Program-made: the position numbers and the translations under genes
NCBI GenBank assembly: GCA_963830915.1
Contig: CAWHOE010000001.1
Span: 1 to 29,568 of the forward strand
Source of the DNA: a candidate division FCPU426 bacterium
GTDB taxonomy: Bacteria; Oederibacteriota; Muellerivitia; Muellerivitales; Muellerivitaceae
Direction: 5' to 3'
Length of the DNA stretch: 29,568 nucleotides
Notes under the pieces: model-generated
The model's input: the letters and a program-made list of their open reading frames with translations, nothing else
Databases searched by the model: none
Told to the model about the DNA's origin: nothing
Shown here: one piece after another, positions 17,689 through 29,196 of the stretch
How the letters are laid out: each line of letters begins with the position of its first letter
Numbering within the stretch: the first letter of the stretch is position 1

Positions 17689-18287
17689 GCCAAGGCCTCC
17701 AGGTAAGGGCGGATAACGTTGGACACACGGCAGATCCGGGAGTACTTCCAAAGTTCATCCATGGGCCCCTTCTTATCCGTTCGATAGGCCTTTAGGGCTT
17801 CTAGCACCACATCCAGGCCGATTTTATTACGGTATTTAAAACAATCGATCACGGTTTTGGCGGGGCTATAAACGCGAATGGAGCCTCCCTTTGTGTTATG
17901 TAGTTCCACCCCTGCCGTCCGAGCTTTACCGGAAAAACGCACAAAGCGAACGGGAGGATGCTCAATGCGGGGCTTCCTGGCCCAAACGTCGATGGCCATC
18001 CAAATTTCATGGGGAAATTGCGTCGTCATACCGTGGTATTGAAGGGCCGTCAGGAGGCAAAGCACCCCTCCGGGAACGCGGGAACAGGCTTGAATCAGTC
18101 CGTCCTGTTCCGAAATAGGACTATCAGGTATCCGGTAAACTCCCCAGGCCTCCCGAACGAGCTGGCCCTTATCGACCAGTCTTTTTAGTCTCATACGGCT
18201 GATGCCGTACCGAATAGCCTCCCTGGAACGAAGGACGCCGTTTTGGAGAAGTTTTTTGGGAATGGGGTTCGCGGGGGTCGTTTTCAT
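17685..18287 (-). CDS. abiEi: AbiEi antitoxin / transcriptional regulator (type IV TA)
   Basis: N-terminal winged HTH (LKRLVDKGQLVREAWGVY), CLLTALQYHGMTTQFP, VYSPAKTVIDCFKYRNKIGLDV, IRPYLEAL; coupled to the toxin. Confidence 0.92.
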   Translation of the reverse strand: MKTTPANPIPKKLLQNGVLRSREAIRYGISRMRLKRLVDKGQLVREAWGVYRIPDSPISEQDGLIQACSRVPGGVLCLLTALQYHGMTTQFPHEIWMAIDVWARKPRIEHPPVRFVRFSGKARTAGVELHNTKGGSIRVYSPAKTVIDCFKYRNKIGLDVVLEALKAYRTDKKGPMDELWKYSRICRVSNVIRPYLEALA

Positions 18288-18299
18288 GTCGTGACCTTC

Positions 18300-18345
18300 G
18301 TTACAATTAGTATGTAATTATTAACAAGTACAAACATATTGTAAC
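18300..18345. promoter_or_regulatory. Inverted repeat upstream of abiEi, probable autoregulatory operator
   Basis: GTTACAATTAGTATGTA (18300-18316) and TACAAACATATTGTAAC (18329-18345) are 14/17 complementary. AbiEi antitoxins are known to bind promoter inverted repeats. Confidence 0.65.
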
Positions 18346-18461
18346 ACATCGGAGGTAAATGCCAAACGCCAACCTATTGACGTTTGGTCAACTGGTAATT
18401 TGGTAATACAGGACTTCATTTTTCCGCCTTTCCATTTAGCCTTTTCGTTGCCAGTCCCCAT

Positions 18462-18494
18462 ATCCATATTTGAAGCCATTTTCATGGGTTGCTA
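18462..18494. repeat. 33-bp direct repeat, right copy
   Basis: ATCCATATTTGAAGCCATTTTCATGGGTTGCTA. Confidence 0.9.
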
Positions 18495-18550
18495 AGGGTC
18501 TTAAAACCCACTAAAATTTACCTCCCTCACACAACTAACGAAGGATACCC

Positions 18551-19918
<1,368 letters not shown>

Positions 19919-19928
19919 AACGGTTGTG

Positions 19929-20118
19929 AACCACAGAGTCACACGGAGTCACACAGAGTTCCACAAACGGAACAAGAATTTGGGGTAAAGAAAAACAAAG
20001 CAATTTTAACCACAGAGTCGCACAGAGTTTCACAGAGTTTAACGACTAAGACATTTAGGGTTTATAAACCAAAGAATCTTTGCTTTAACTCTGAGTGACT
20101 CCGTGCGACTCTGTGGTT
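19929..20118. repeat. Intergenic palindromic element with 10-nt CACAGAGT units (two left arms, one right arm)
   Basis: AACCACAGAGTCACACGGAGTCACACAGAGTT (19929), AACCACAGAGTCGCACAGAGTTTCACAGAGTT (20008), inverted AACTCTGAGTGACTCCGTGCGACTCTGTGGTT (20087-20118). Confidence 0.88.
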
Positions 20119-20154
20119 CAATTTTCGTTGCTGGAATTTTAAAAAGAGGAATTA

Positions 20155-21336
20155 ATGAAAAACACCTTATTCACCTTGTTGCTATTGGCCGTTTCGGTCC
20201 CGGTGTTATACGCCGACCAGCCCATCCCGACCGTGACCACCGCCGTCAAGGAAGACGCCAAGGCCGCTTTTGCCCAGGCCCAAAAGCTGTTCCAAGAGAA
20301 GAACTACAAGGAAGCCAAGCAGAAGCTTACCCAGCTAGTGGCCAAACAAAACCCTATGGACGATTTCATCCCCCAGGCCCGCCTGCTCCTGGCCAAGCTC
20401 GAAGAGGATTTCGTGGTCTCCACCAGCGAATTCAAGATGCTGGCCCAGGAATACAATAACCGTCCCGAAGGGGAAGAGGCCCAAAAGGCCCTGGGAGCCC
20501 GTTATTTTCTGGCGGATAAATACAACGACGCCGCGGACAGCTACAAGCAATTTCTCGACGAGCATCCCAAGAGCACTTCAGTGGCGGAAGTGCGCTATTG
20601 GTTCGCCTCCTCCCTCCTTTCCATGGATAAGAACGACGAGGCCATCGACCAATATAAGAAGGTGATCTCCGAATCTCCCGACAGCGCCTGGGCCCCCAAA
20701 TCCCTTCTGGGGATCGGCAATGCCTTCTTCAAGAAGAAGGACTATTCCGAGGCGTCCAAACGGTATCTGGAAGTGATGGATAAGTACCACCTCTACCCCG
20801 AAATGAACATCGTCTATTTCAAACTGGGCGAGACCTATGAGCTTCTCCAAAAACCCAAGGAAGCCCACGCGGCCTACGAGAACCTGGTTTCCCAATATCC
20901 CAAAGCGCTGGAGGCCTCCGAGGCCAGGAACCGGATGACCGAGATCGAAAAAACCCATCCTGAGCTGGTGACAGTAGCCGAGGCGCAGACGCTCCCGGCA
21001 CCCACCTTAGTCGCCACGCCGGTCCCATCCCCCGTTTTTGCCCAGGCAGTTCCGACACCTACCGAGAACCCAACCCCCGCTGATGAGGTGCTGGTACCCC
21101 AACCTTTCCATGTACAGGTGGGTGTGTATTCCCGCAAGGTCAATATGGATAAGGCCCGCAAGGCCATCAAGAAGGCTGGCTACAGCTCTTATGTGGTGAC
21201 GGCCCGCCAAGAGGGTGTGCCCTATACCTATTACAAGGTCCGGGTGGGGAACTTCGCGGACAGGGCCTCGGCGGAAAAGGTGGCCAAGGCGCTGGCGAAG
21301 AAGACGAAGGAAAAGGCGATTGTTGTAGAGGATTGA
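20155..21336 (+). CDS. Exported TPR + SPOR domain protein (CpoB/BamD-like TPRs)
   Basis: Signal peptide; TPRs (YKQFLDEHPKS, YENLVSQYPKA); Pro/Thr linker; SPOR motif FHVQVGVYS...YKVRVGNF. Confidence 0.88.
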   Translation: MKNTLFTLLLLAVSVPVLYADQPIPTVTTAVKEDAKAAFAQAQKLFQEKNYKEAKQKLTQLVAKQNPMDDFIPQARLLLAKLEEDFVVSTSEFKMLAQEYNNRPEGEEAQKALGARYFLADKYNDAADSYKQFLDEHPKSTSVAEVRYWFASSLLSMDKNDEAIDQYKKVISESPDSAWAPKSLLGIGNAFFKKKDYSEASKRYLEVMDKYHLYPEMNIVYFKLGETYELLQKPKEAHAAYENLVSQYPKALEASEARNRMTEIEKTHPELVTVAEAQTLPAPTLVATPVPSPVFAQAVPTPTENPTPADEVLVPQPFHVQVGVYSRKVNMDKARKAIKKAGYSSYVVTARQEGVPYTYYKVRVGNFADRASAEKVAKALAKKTKEKAIVVED

Positions 21337-21346
21337 AAATATTCTT

Positions 21347-21469
21347 ACCACCAAGGCACCAAGACACCAAGAAATTCTTTTTTGATGTTGATGAAAATAA
21401 AAAAGGATTTTTAAAAGTAATTTTAGACAATATTTATTTGCTTCCTTGGTGCCTTGGTGCCTTGGTGGT
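21347..21469. repeat. Intergenic palindromic element with 8-nt CACCAAG(G/A) units
   Basis: ACCACCAAGGCACCAAGACACCAAG, AT-rich loop, CTTGGTGCCTTGGTGCCTTGGTGGT (24/25 complementary). Confidence 0.9.
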
Positions 21470-21495
21470 TAAAATATTCTTAAGAGGTTTTAAAA

Positions 21496-24125
21496 TTGGA
21501 TGATCTGACGCCCATGATGAAGCAGTACCTGGAAATGAAGAGGATCCACAAAGAAGAGATCCTCTTTTTCCGTTTGGGCGATTTTTACGAGATGTTCTTC
21601 GACGACGCCAAGACCGCCGCGCGCGTCCTGAACCTGACCCTTACCGCCCGGCAGGGGGGACAGGGCCAGAAAGTTCCCATGGCCGGCATCCCCTTCCACG
21701 CCGCGGAAAACTACATCTCCCGATTGGTAAAAAACGGCTTTTCCATCGCCATCTGCGAACAGATGGAAGACCCGGCCCTGGCCAAGGGCCTGGTGAAAAG
21801 GGAAATCGCCCGGGTCATCACCCCCGGCACGGTACTTTCGGCTTCCATGCTGGACGAGAAATCCAACAACTACCTGGTGGCACTGGCTTACTCCACCCAG
21901 GCCCTGGGGCTGGCCATGGTGGATGTGACCACAGGCGAATTCAGGACCTGCGAGCTCCACGGGCCCCAGCGTTATTCGGCGGCCATGAATGAGCTTTCCA
22001 AATTCAGTCCCTCCGAGGTCCTCCTCACCCAGACCAGCCCGAGATCGAGGAATGGGGACTGTTGTTAAAGTCCATGAACGGCGTGAAAAAATCCCACATG
22101 GAAGATTGGAAATTCTCCGTCGAGGAAGCCAAGGACGCCCTGCAGGAACATTTCCAGGTGCGCACCTTGAGCGGTTTCGGTCTTTCCGGCCAGGACCAGG
22201 CGGTCCGGGCGGCGGGCGCCATTTTGCAATACCTGAAAGAGACAACCCATAGCGTGCTTTCTCATTTGGTTACCCTCTCGACCCTGGTGGTCGGTGAGGG
22301 GATGGTGTTGGACGCCACCACCCAGCGCAATCTGGAAGTGGTCAAATCCATGCAGGACGGGGGGAAGGCCGGTACCCTGTTGTCGGTACTGGATGAGACA
22401 GTCACATCCATGGGCGGGCGTTTGCTACGCCAATGGCTTATCACCCCCCTAACCTCGGCGGCCCAGATCAAACGCCGACAGGACGCGGTGGAAGAATTCC
22501 TGGCCCGCAGGGAAGAGAGGGAAACACTCAGGGATTCATTCAAGGAAGTTTCCGACCTGGAACGGCTAGCCGGACGGGTGGGATGCGGTACAGCCAACGC
22601 CCGTGACCTGGTTGCTCTTCGGACCACTTTGGGCCTCTTGCCCGGCATTCACAGGGCCCTTTCGGGTTTCAAGTGTCAGTGGGTCAAGGAAAGCGTGGAC
22701 GCCTGGGACAACCTGAAGGAAGTGCACGGCCTTTTGGACAAGGCCATCCATGACGCTCCGCCCCTGGCTTTGAAAGAAGGGGGCCTCATCAAGGCGGGTT
22801 ATCACGCTGAGTTGGACGAGCTTCGAAAGGGCTCACTTGAAGGCAAGAACTGGATCGCCCAACTGGAAGAGAAAGAAAAGAACCGCACCGGCATCGGCTC
22901 TCTCAAGGTGCGCTATACCTCGGTCTTCGGCTATTACATCGAGGTTTCCAAGGCCAACCTGGACAAGGTGCCGGCCGATTACCACCGCAAACAGACCCTG
23001 GTGAACGCCGAAAGGTTCATCACGCCCGAACTGAAAGAGATGGAAGGCAAGATACTGGGAGCGCAGGACAAGGCCGACCGGCTGGAATATGAGTTGTTCG
23101 AGGATGTCAGGACCCAGGTAGGCAAGGAACTTTCCCGCCTACAGCGGGTGGCCCGCATCATCGCGGAACTGGATACCTTATCCAGCATGGCGGTCGTGGC
23201 GGATCGGGGGCGGTACGTTCGCCCGGAGATCGACGACTCGACCGAACTGACCATTGTGGACGGGCGTCACCCGGTACTGGACCGTCTGCTTTCCTCTGAC
23301 CAATTCGTGCCCAATGACACCCATTTGGGGGTGGAGGGGGTGGAGATCATCATCCTGACAGGCCCCAACATGGCTGGCAAAAGCACCTATATCCGCCAGG
23401 TGGCTCTATTGACCCTGATGGCCCAGGTTGGGTTCTTCGTACCAGCCAAAGAAATGAAGGCGGGCATCGTAGACCGGATATTTTCCCGGGTCGGCGCCTC
23501 GGACGCCCTGACCCAGGGACAGAGCACCTTCATGGTGGAGATGGTGGAGACGGCTAACATCCTCAATCACGCCACTTCCAAGAGTCTGCTGATACTGGAC
23601 GAGGTGGGCCGGGGAACCTCGACCTTCGACGGTGTTTCCATCGCCTGGGCGGTGGTGGAATTTCTCGCCCAAAAGCTGAAGGCCCGCACCCTATTCGCCA
23701 CCCATTACCATGAATTGACCAGGCTTTCGACTACCTTCGCCAATGTGAAGAACTTCAATATCGCGGTAAGGGAATGGAACGACCAGATCCTATTCCTTCG
23801 CAAGATCGTGGAAGGCGGGACTGACAAGAGTTACGGCATCCAGGTGGCCCGGTTGGCCGGAGTGCCCAAACAAGTGGTGGAGAGGGCCAAGAAGATATTG
23901 GCCTCGTTGGAGACGGGCAATGGCCTGTTGGCCAAGAAGGACCGAACCAGCCCCGAACCAGAACCCCAAGTGCCATCGGAAGAATCCCTGGCCCAACTGT
24001 CTTTCTTCGGCAAGGGCGGCACCCATCCGGTCTTGGAGGAATTGAAGGAACTGGACCTGAACGAATTGACCCCGCTGGAAGCGTTGAATTTACTGGGAGA
24101 ATGGAAAAAGAAGATACAGGAATAG
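21496..24125 (+). CDS. mutS: DNA mismatch repair protein MutS, split by a -1 frameshift near 22030 (probable sequencing error)
   Basis: LTPMMKQY, FRLGDFYEMF, PMAGIP; second part TGPNMAGKSTY, STFMVEM, ILDEVGRGTST, FATHYHEL, SYGIQVARLAG. Confidence 0.97.
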
Positions 24126-24224
24126 ATACCGCTCTCGAATTGTTATTGGGTTGAGTCCCCTTTGTAAGCCCCTTGAGTCCTTAATTTACCCCCTATTTTG
24201 GCCGTATCCATCCCCCTTCCAGGA

Positions 24225-24233
24225 TGTTAAAAT
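24225..24233 (+). promoter_or_regulatory. Possible extended -10 element, implying a very short leader
   Basis: TGT-TAAAAT lies 12 nt before the ATG at 24246; there is no Shine-Dalgarno. Confidence 0.35.
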
Positions 24234-24245
24234 CTTCCTCCCGTT

Positions 24246-27200
24246 ATGAAAAAAGACGACAAAATCCAGAAAAAGCTATTTCCCTACGAGTTCGTGGTGG
24301 AATTGGAGACCAGGGCCAACGGCCATGTGGTGGCCTATAGCGCCCAATTGCCCGGATGCCAGGCCCAGGGAAAGACCCCTAAAGAGGCACTGGAACGTTT
24401 CAAGAACGTGATGGATTCTCTATTTCACAACCGCTTCCCCCGCCTTCTTCCAATGCCTGGAGACTTTCGACGAGATCCCTAACCTTTACGACGTGGCCGA
24501 GTTCCGGGGTTACCTCTACGCCGCCACGGGACGGGACATGATCCTTCGGTCCACCAATGGGGCGCCTGGTTCCTTCCAAAAGATCAGGGTCACCAAGAAC
24601 AACACCAAGTATTACACCCCCAACCCCACCGAGAAGGACGGGGAGGGTGATTACACCACCCAGATCTACTGCCTCTGCCCTTACGCCGCGCCCGGGAAAG
24701 AAGCTGTCCTTTACGCCGGCACCAACCTGAACGGGGCGGTCTACCAGACCACCGACGGTGAGAATTGGCGGGACGCTTTCTCGACGGGCGAGGACCGCAT
24801 CCACGCCTTGTGCGAGTTCAAGAGCCGTCTTTACGCCGGGACAAGCTCCCAGGGCAAGGTCTACGCTTACGATGGGACCCAATGGAACAACGTGGGGTCC
24901 TTAAGCGAAGTGGCGGTGACCTGTTTCGGGGAATTCAAGGGACGTTTATACGCGGGTACTTATCCCAGCGGGTTGATCTTCTCCACGCCCGACGGCTTCA
25001 CCTGGGAAGAGATGATCGCCACGGGGCAAAACTTCGTGCAGTGCTTCAAGGAATTCAAAGGGGCCCTTTACGCCGGTACCTCCAGCCCCAAGGGTGTGAG
25101 GATCGTCAAGACCGAGAATGGGCGGGACTGGGTCACGGTCTATGAAAGTTCCAGGGAACTGAACCTCTATTGCCTGGAGATATTCGAGAACACCCTCTAC
25201 GCCGGAACCGGCAATTCGGGCAGGATACTCAAGAGCCAGGACGGCAAGGAGTGGGTGACCGCCTACGCCGGGGACATGGAAGGTATCCGGGCCTTCACCG
25301 TGTTCGGGGACTATCTTTTCGCGGCCACTGAGAACAAGGGCGCGCTGTTAAGGTCCACATTCGACATGGCCCGCATCCCTGAGATCACGGACCTAAAGGC
25401 TGAAAGACTGACTTCCTCCAGCGCCCTGCTGACCTGGACCACCGATATCTCGGCGACCTCGGAGGTACATTACGGCGAAAAAGGTTTGGCGGCGGACCTT
25501 CGCCGGGTCATCACCGACAAGAATATGACCTTACGGCACCGCATTCACCTGACCGATCTGAAGGCCGAGACCGAGTACGAGTTCAAGGCGGCCAGCTGTT
25601 ACCGCACATCTTCACTATCAGTCTCAGAGTCCTCCACTTTCATCACCGCGCCCGTTATGCCGCCATCCATTACCTCTCCCACCCATCCCAAGCAGGACAA
25701 GTGGGAGAAACAGGCCAATATCGAGATACAGCTTCACCCCGAGACCCATTTGAGCGGGTATTACCACCTGATGGACCAATCGCCCAACACCGTTCCCGCG
25801 CCGCCAGCCGCGGCTTATACAGAAGAAAGGCGGGTGGCCTTGCCTTCGGCCTCCCAGGGCACCTGGTATTTTCATGTGGTGGGCGTGGACGAGGCGGGAA
25901 ATATCGGCACCAGGGCTTCCCATTACAGGATCAATTTGGATACGCAAGCCGCCCCTCCTCCCAAGGTCACCAGCTCGACCCATCCGGAGCAGGACAAATG
26001 GTTCGCTGACCCGACGCCGGTGATTTCCTGGGAAGCGCCGGAGGACCTTTCGGGCGTCAGGGGTTACTTCATCAAGACCGACCATGAGCCGACGACCGTG
26101 CCTGGCCCCGGCAATGGGGATTTCACCAGCGATACCCGGCAAACCCTGGGACCTTTAGAGGACGGTGTTTGGTACATCCATGTGGCCACCCAGGACGAGG
26201 CGGGTAACGTGGGCGTGGAAGCGGCCCATTACCCGGTCAAGATCGACACCAAGGCCCTGGCTCCGACCCTGTCGAGCCACAGCCATCCCCAGCAGGAACA
26301 GTGGTACCCAACCAATAAAGTGGAGATGACCATCGCCCAGCCCCATGATCTTTCAGGGGTGGACGGCTATTACTATTGCATCGACCGGGAGCCTCAGACC
26401 CTGCCAGATCCGGAAACGGCTACCTGGACCTACCGGGGCACCATCTCTTTTACCGAACTCAAAGATGGCGTCTGGTTCGTCCACGTCCGCACCAAGGACA
26501 AGGCGGGGAATTTGTCGCCCCAGGCCGCCCATTACAAAGTCTGCCTGGATACCCTGGCCCTACCGCCCAAGGTGACATCCGCCAGCCATGGCGAGACGGA
26601 ACGATGGTACCGGGACCGCCGGGTGGTCATCGAGTGGGAAGACCCCTTCGAGCATTCGGGTATCGAAGGTTATTACTACAACATCGACCGCAAGGCCGAC
26701 ACGGTCCCCAATGACAAGACGTCCCTCTTCACCACCCAACGAAGCGTTTCCTTCGAGGTCACGGACGACGGCCTCTGGTACTTCCATATCAATACCAAGG
26801 ACAAGGCCGGCAACGTGGATTGGAAAGCCGTCCATTACCCCATCCATGTGGATACGGAAGTGGCCAAGCCCTTCATCACCTCTTCCAGCCACCCGGACGC
26901 CGAACAGTGGTATTCCAAGCCCAGGGTATATTTCAAATTGGTGGCTCCCGACGACCTTTCGGGCGTGACCGGCTTCTATTACGTTTTTTCCGAGAACTTC
27001 AAGGCGGTCCCGGACCCCAAGACGGCCATCTTTACCGACCAGAACGAGTTGATATTGGACATCCCCCGGGATGGGGTACACACCCTCTCGGTCATCTGCC
27101 AGGACGCGGCGGGCAACACAGGCAAGGACCCGGCGGTCTATACGGTAAGACTGGATACGGCTGGTGGGGCCTCCGGTGCTTTCTTCTCCCAGCCATTCCA

Positions 27201-29196
27201 ACCAGGCCAAGTGGTATTCCGCCAAACGGGTGGAACTGACCTGGAAAGACCCGCACCGACCTTTCTGGCATCGAGGGTTATTACGTGGTTTCCAACCAGG
27301 AAGAAGCCTGGACGCCCAATTACACTGACCTGAGCCTGACTACCACCCGGGGCACGGTCTTTACCATCCCCGCGGACGGGACCTGGTTCGCCCATGTGAC
27401 CGCCAAGGACAAAGCGGGGAACCTCAGTCTGCCGGCCCGCTACCGTTTACAGGTCGATTCCCAGGCCCAGGCGCCTCTCCTGCGCAGTTCCACCCATCCC
27501 TTGAACCAGTGGGTCAAGGTCTCCACTCCGAAATTCCTCTGGGACCGCCCCGCCCGAACTGTCGGGCGTGGAAGGCTACTACATCATCATCGATAGCCAG
27601 CCCCACACCGTTCCCGGGCCCGGCAATGGTAAATGGATACCTGAAACTTCGGTGGCAGCTCCCGCCATGAAGGACGGGCGCTGGCTCTTCCACGCCGTGA
27701 CCAAGGACATGGTGGGTAATCTAAGTAAAGAAGCTTCCCATTATCCCTTCCTTATCGATACCCAGCCGCCCAAGACCAGAATGAAAGCCTTGCCCCCTAT
27801 GGTGGATTACACCCAACTGAAACTGGAATGGGAAGGAGTGGATGACCTGAGCGGGGTGGAGGCGTTCGACATCCAGGTGAAGATCGGGGAAACGGGCAGT
27901 TGGTCGGACTGGCTGGCCAATGTGAGCGCCAATTCGGCCATTTTTCAGGCCCAGGACGGTAAAAGATACGCCTTCCGATGTCGGGGCAGGGACGGCGCGG
28001 GGAACATCGAAAACTACCCCAACGTCGAGCAAGTGACCGTGACGGTAGATATCTCCGCTCCCCCGCCCGTGACCCAATTGAAGGCCATCCCCCGGGCCCA
28101 TGGGGATATTGAGCTGAAGTGGGCGCCGGTCGAGGACCGGGTCTCAGGGACCGACTATTACCGCGTCTACCGCTGGCTGGAAGGCGAGACCAAGCAGAAG
28201 ATATCGGACGACGGCGCGGTCAAGGAAGTCACTTACTTGGACGGCGGGGACAGGCTGAAAGAGAACACCGTCTATTATTACTGCGTCCAGGCCGTCGACA
28301 AGATGGGCAACGAACAACACGAGGGGAACCAGACCTCGGCCTGCCTGTCGGACCACGGGGTCGACACACCGGTCATTTCCAGTCCCACCCATTCTCTGGA
28401 GGATTGGAGTTCCAACCCCTCCCCCGTGCTGACCTGGGACGCGCCCTCGGACGCCACGGGCATCGCGGGCTATTACTACGTGTTGGACCAGAGCGAGAAC
28501 ACCAAACCCAAGCCGGAGACGGCGAAGTTCATCGAGGACCGAAAGATCGAGATGGACACCATGACCAGCGGCATCTGGTACTTCCATTTGGTGGCCAAGG
28601 ACAAGGCGGGCAATATCAGCGAGGAGGCGGCCCATTACCGCCTGAAGATCGACGTGGACAAGCCCCCCGCGCCCCAGGTGACGTCCCCTTCCCACCCCGA
28701 CCCGGCCTGCTGGTACTCGGCCAACAAGGTCCAGTTCAAGTTGACGACGGCTTCGAAGGTCTCGGGGATGGAATCCTTCTATTACCTATTCGATAAGAAC
28801 CCCGAGGCGGTGCCGGTTGTGGGCGAGTCCCAGCGCACGACCGAGTCCGAATTCACCGTGAAGGCTTCCGAGCCGGGTGTCTGGTACCTGCATGTGGTGG
28901 GGAAGGACAAGGCGGGGAACCTGTCCCAGGCCACCCATTACCAGGTCAAATTCATGGGAAATGAGCCGCCCCCGCCGGTCGTGGCCAGCCCCACCCACCC
29001 GAGGGAGGACGAGTCGGTCAACCATCATGACCCCCTCTTTACCTGGGAAGACCGCCATGACGGCAGTTTCAAGGTGGCCGGCTATGTTTACAAGCTTAGC
29101 GCGAGCCCGGATGACCAACTGACGGGCGAGGACCTGTTCACTTCCGAGAGGTCGGTCCAGTTGCGGAACATCGAGGAGGGCGTCTGGTATTTCCAT
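24246..29196 (+). CDS. Giant multidomain protein: HicB-like N-domain, 7-blade beta-propeller, FN3-like domains and at least ten ~100-aa Ig-like repeats; four +1 frameshifts; 3' end lost
   Basis: ORFs 24246, 24493, 27285 and 27568 join on removing one base near 24417, 27160, 27257 and 27546, and the last three repairs restore the repeat consensus. Seven (E)FxGxLYAGT-like blades. Repeat consensus PxxxSxxHPxxxxW...DLSG..GYY...G.WY.HV..KDKAGN...HY...D. Confidence 0.75.

Noticed and set aside
12220..18287. Prophage or ICE
   Set aside because: No integrase, structural, replication or conjugation genes are present.
16798..18494. Canonical integron attC sites
   Set aside because: I could not find paired RYYYAAC...GTTRRRY boxes with a long imperfect stem, and there is no integrase here.
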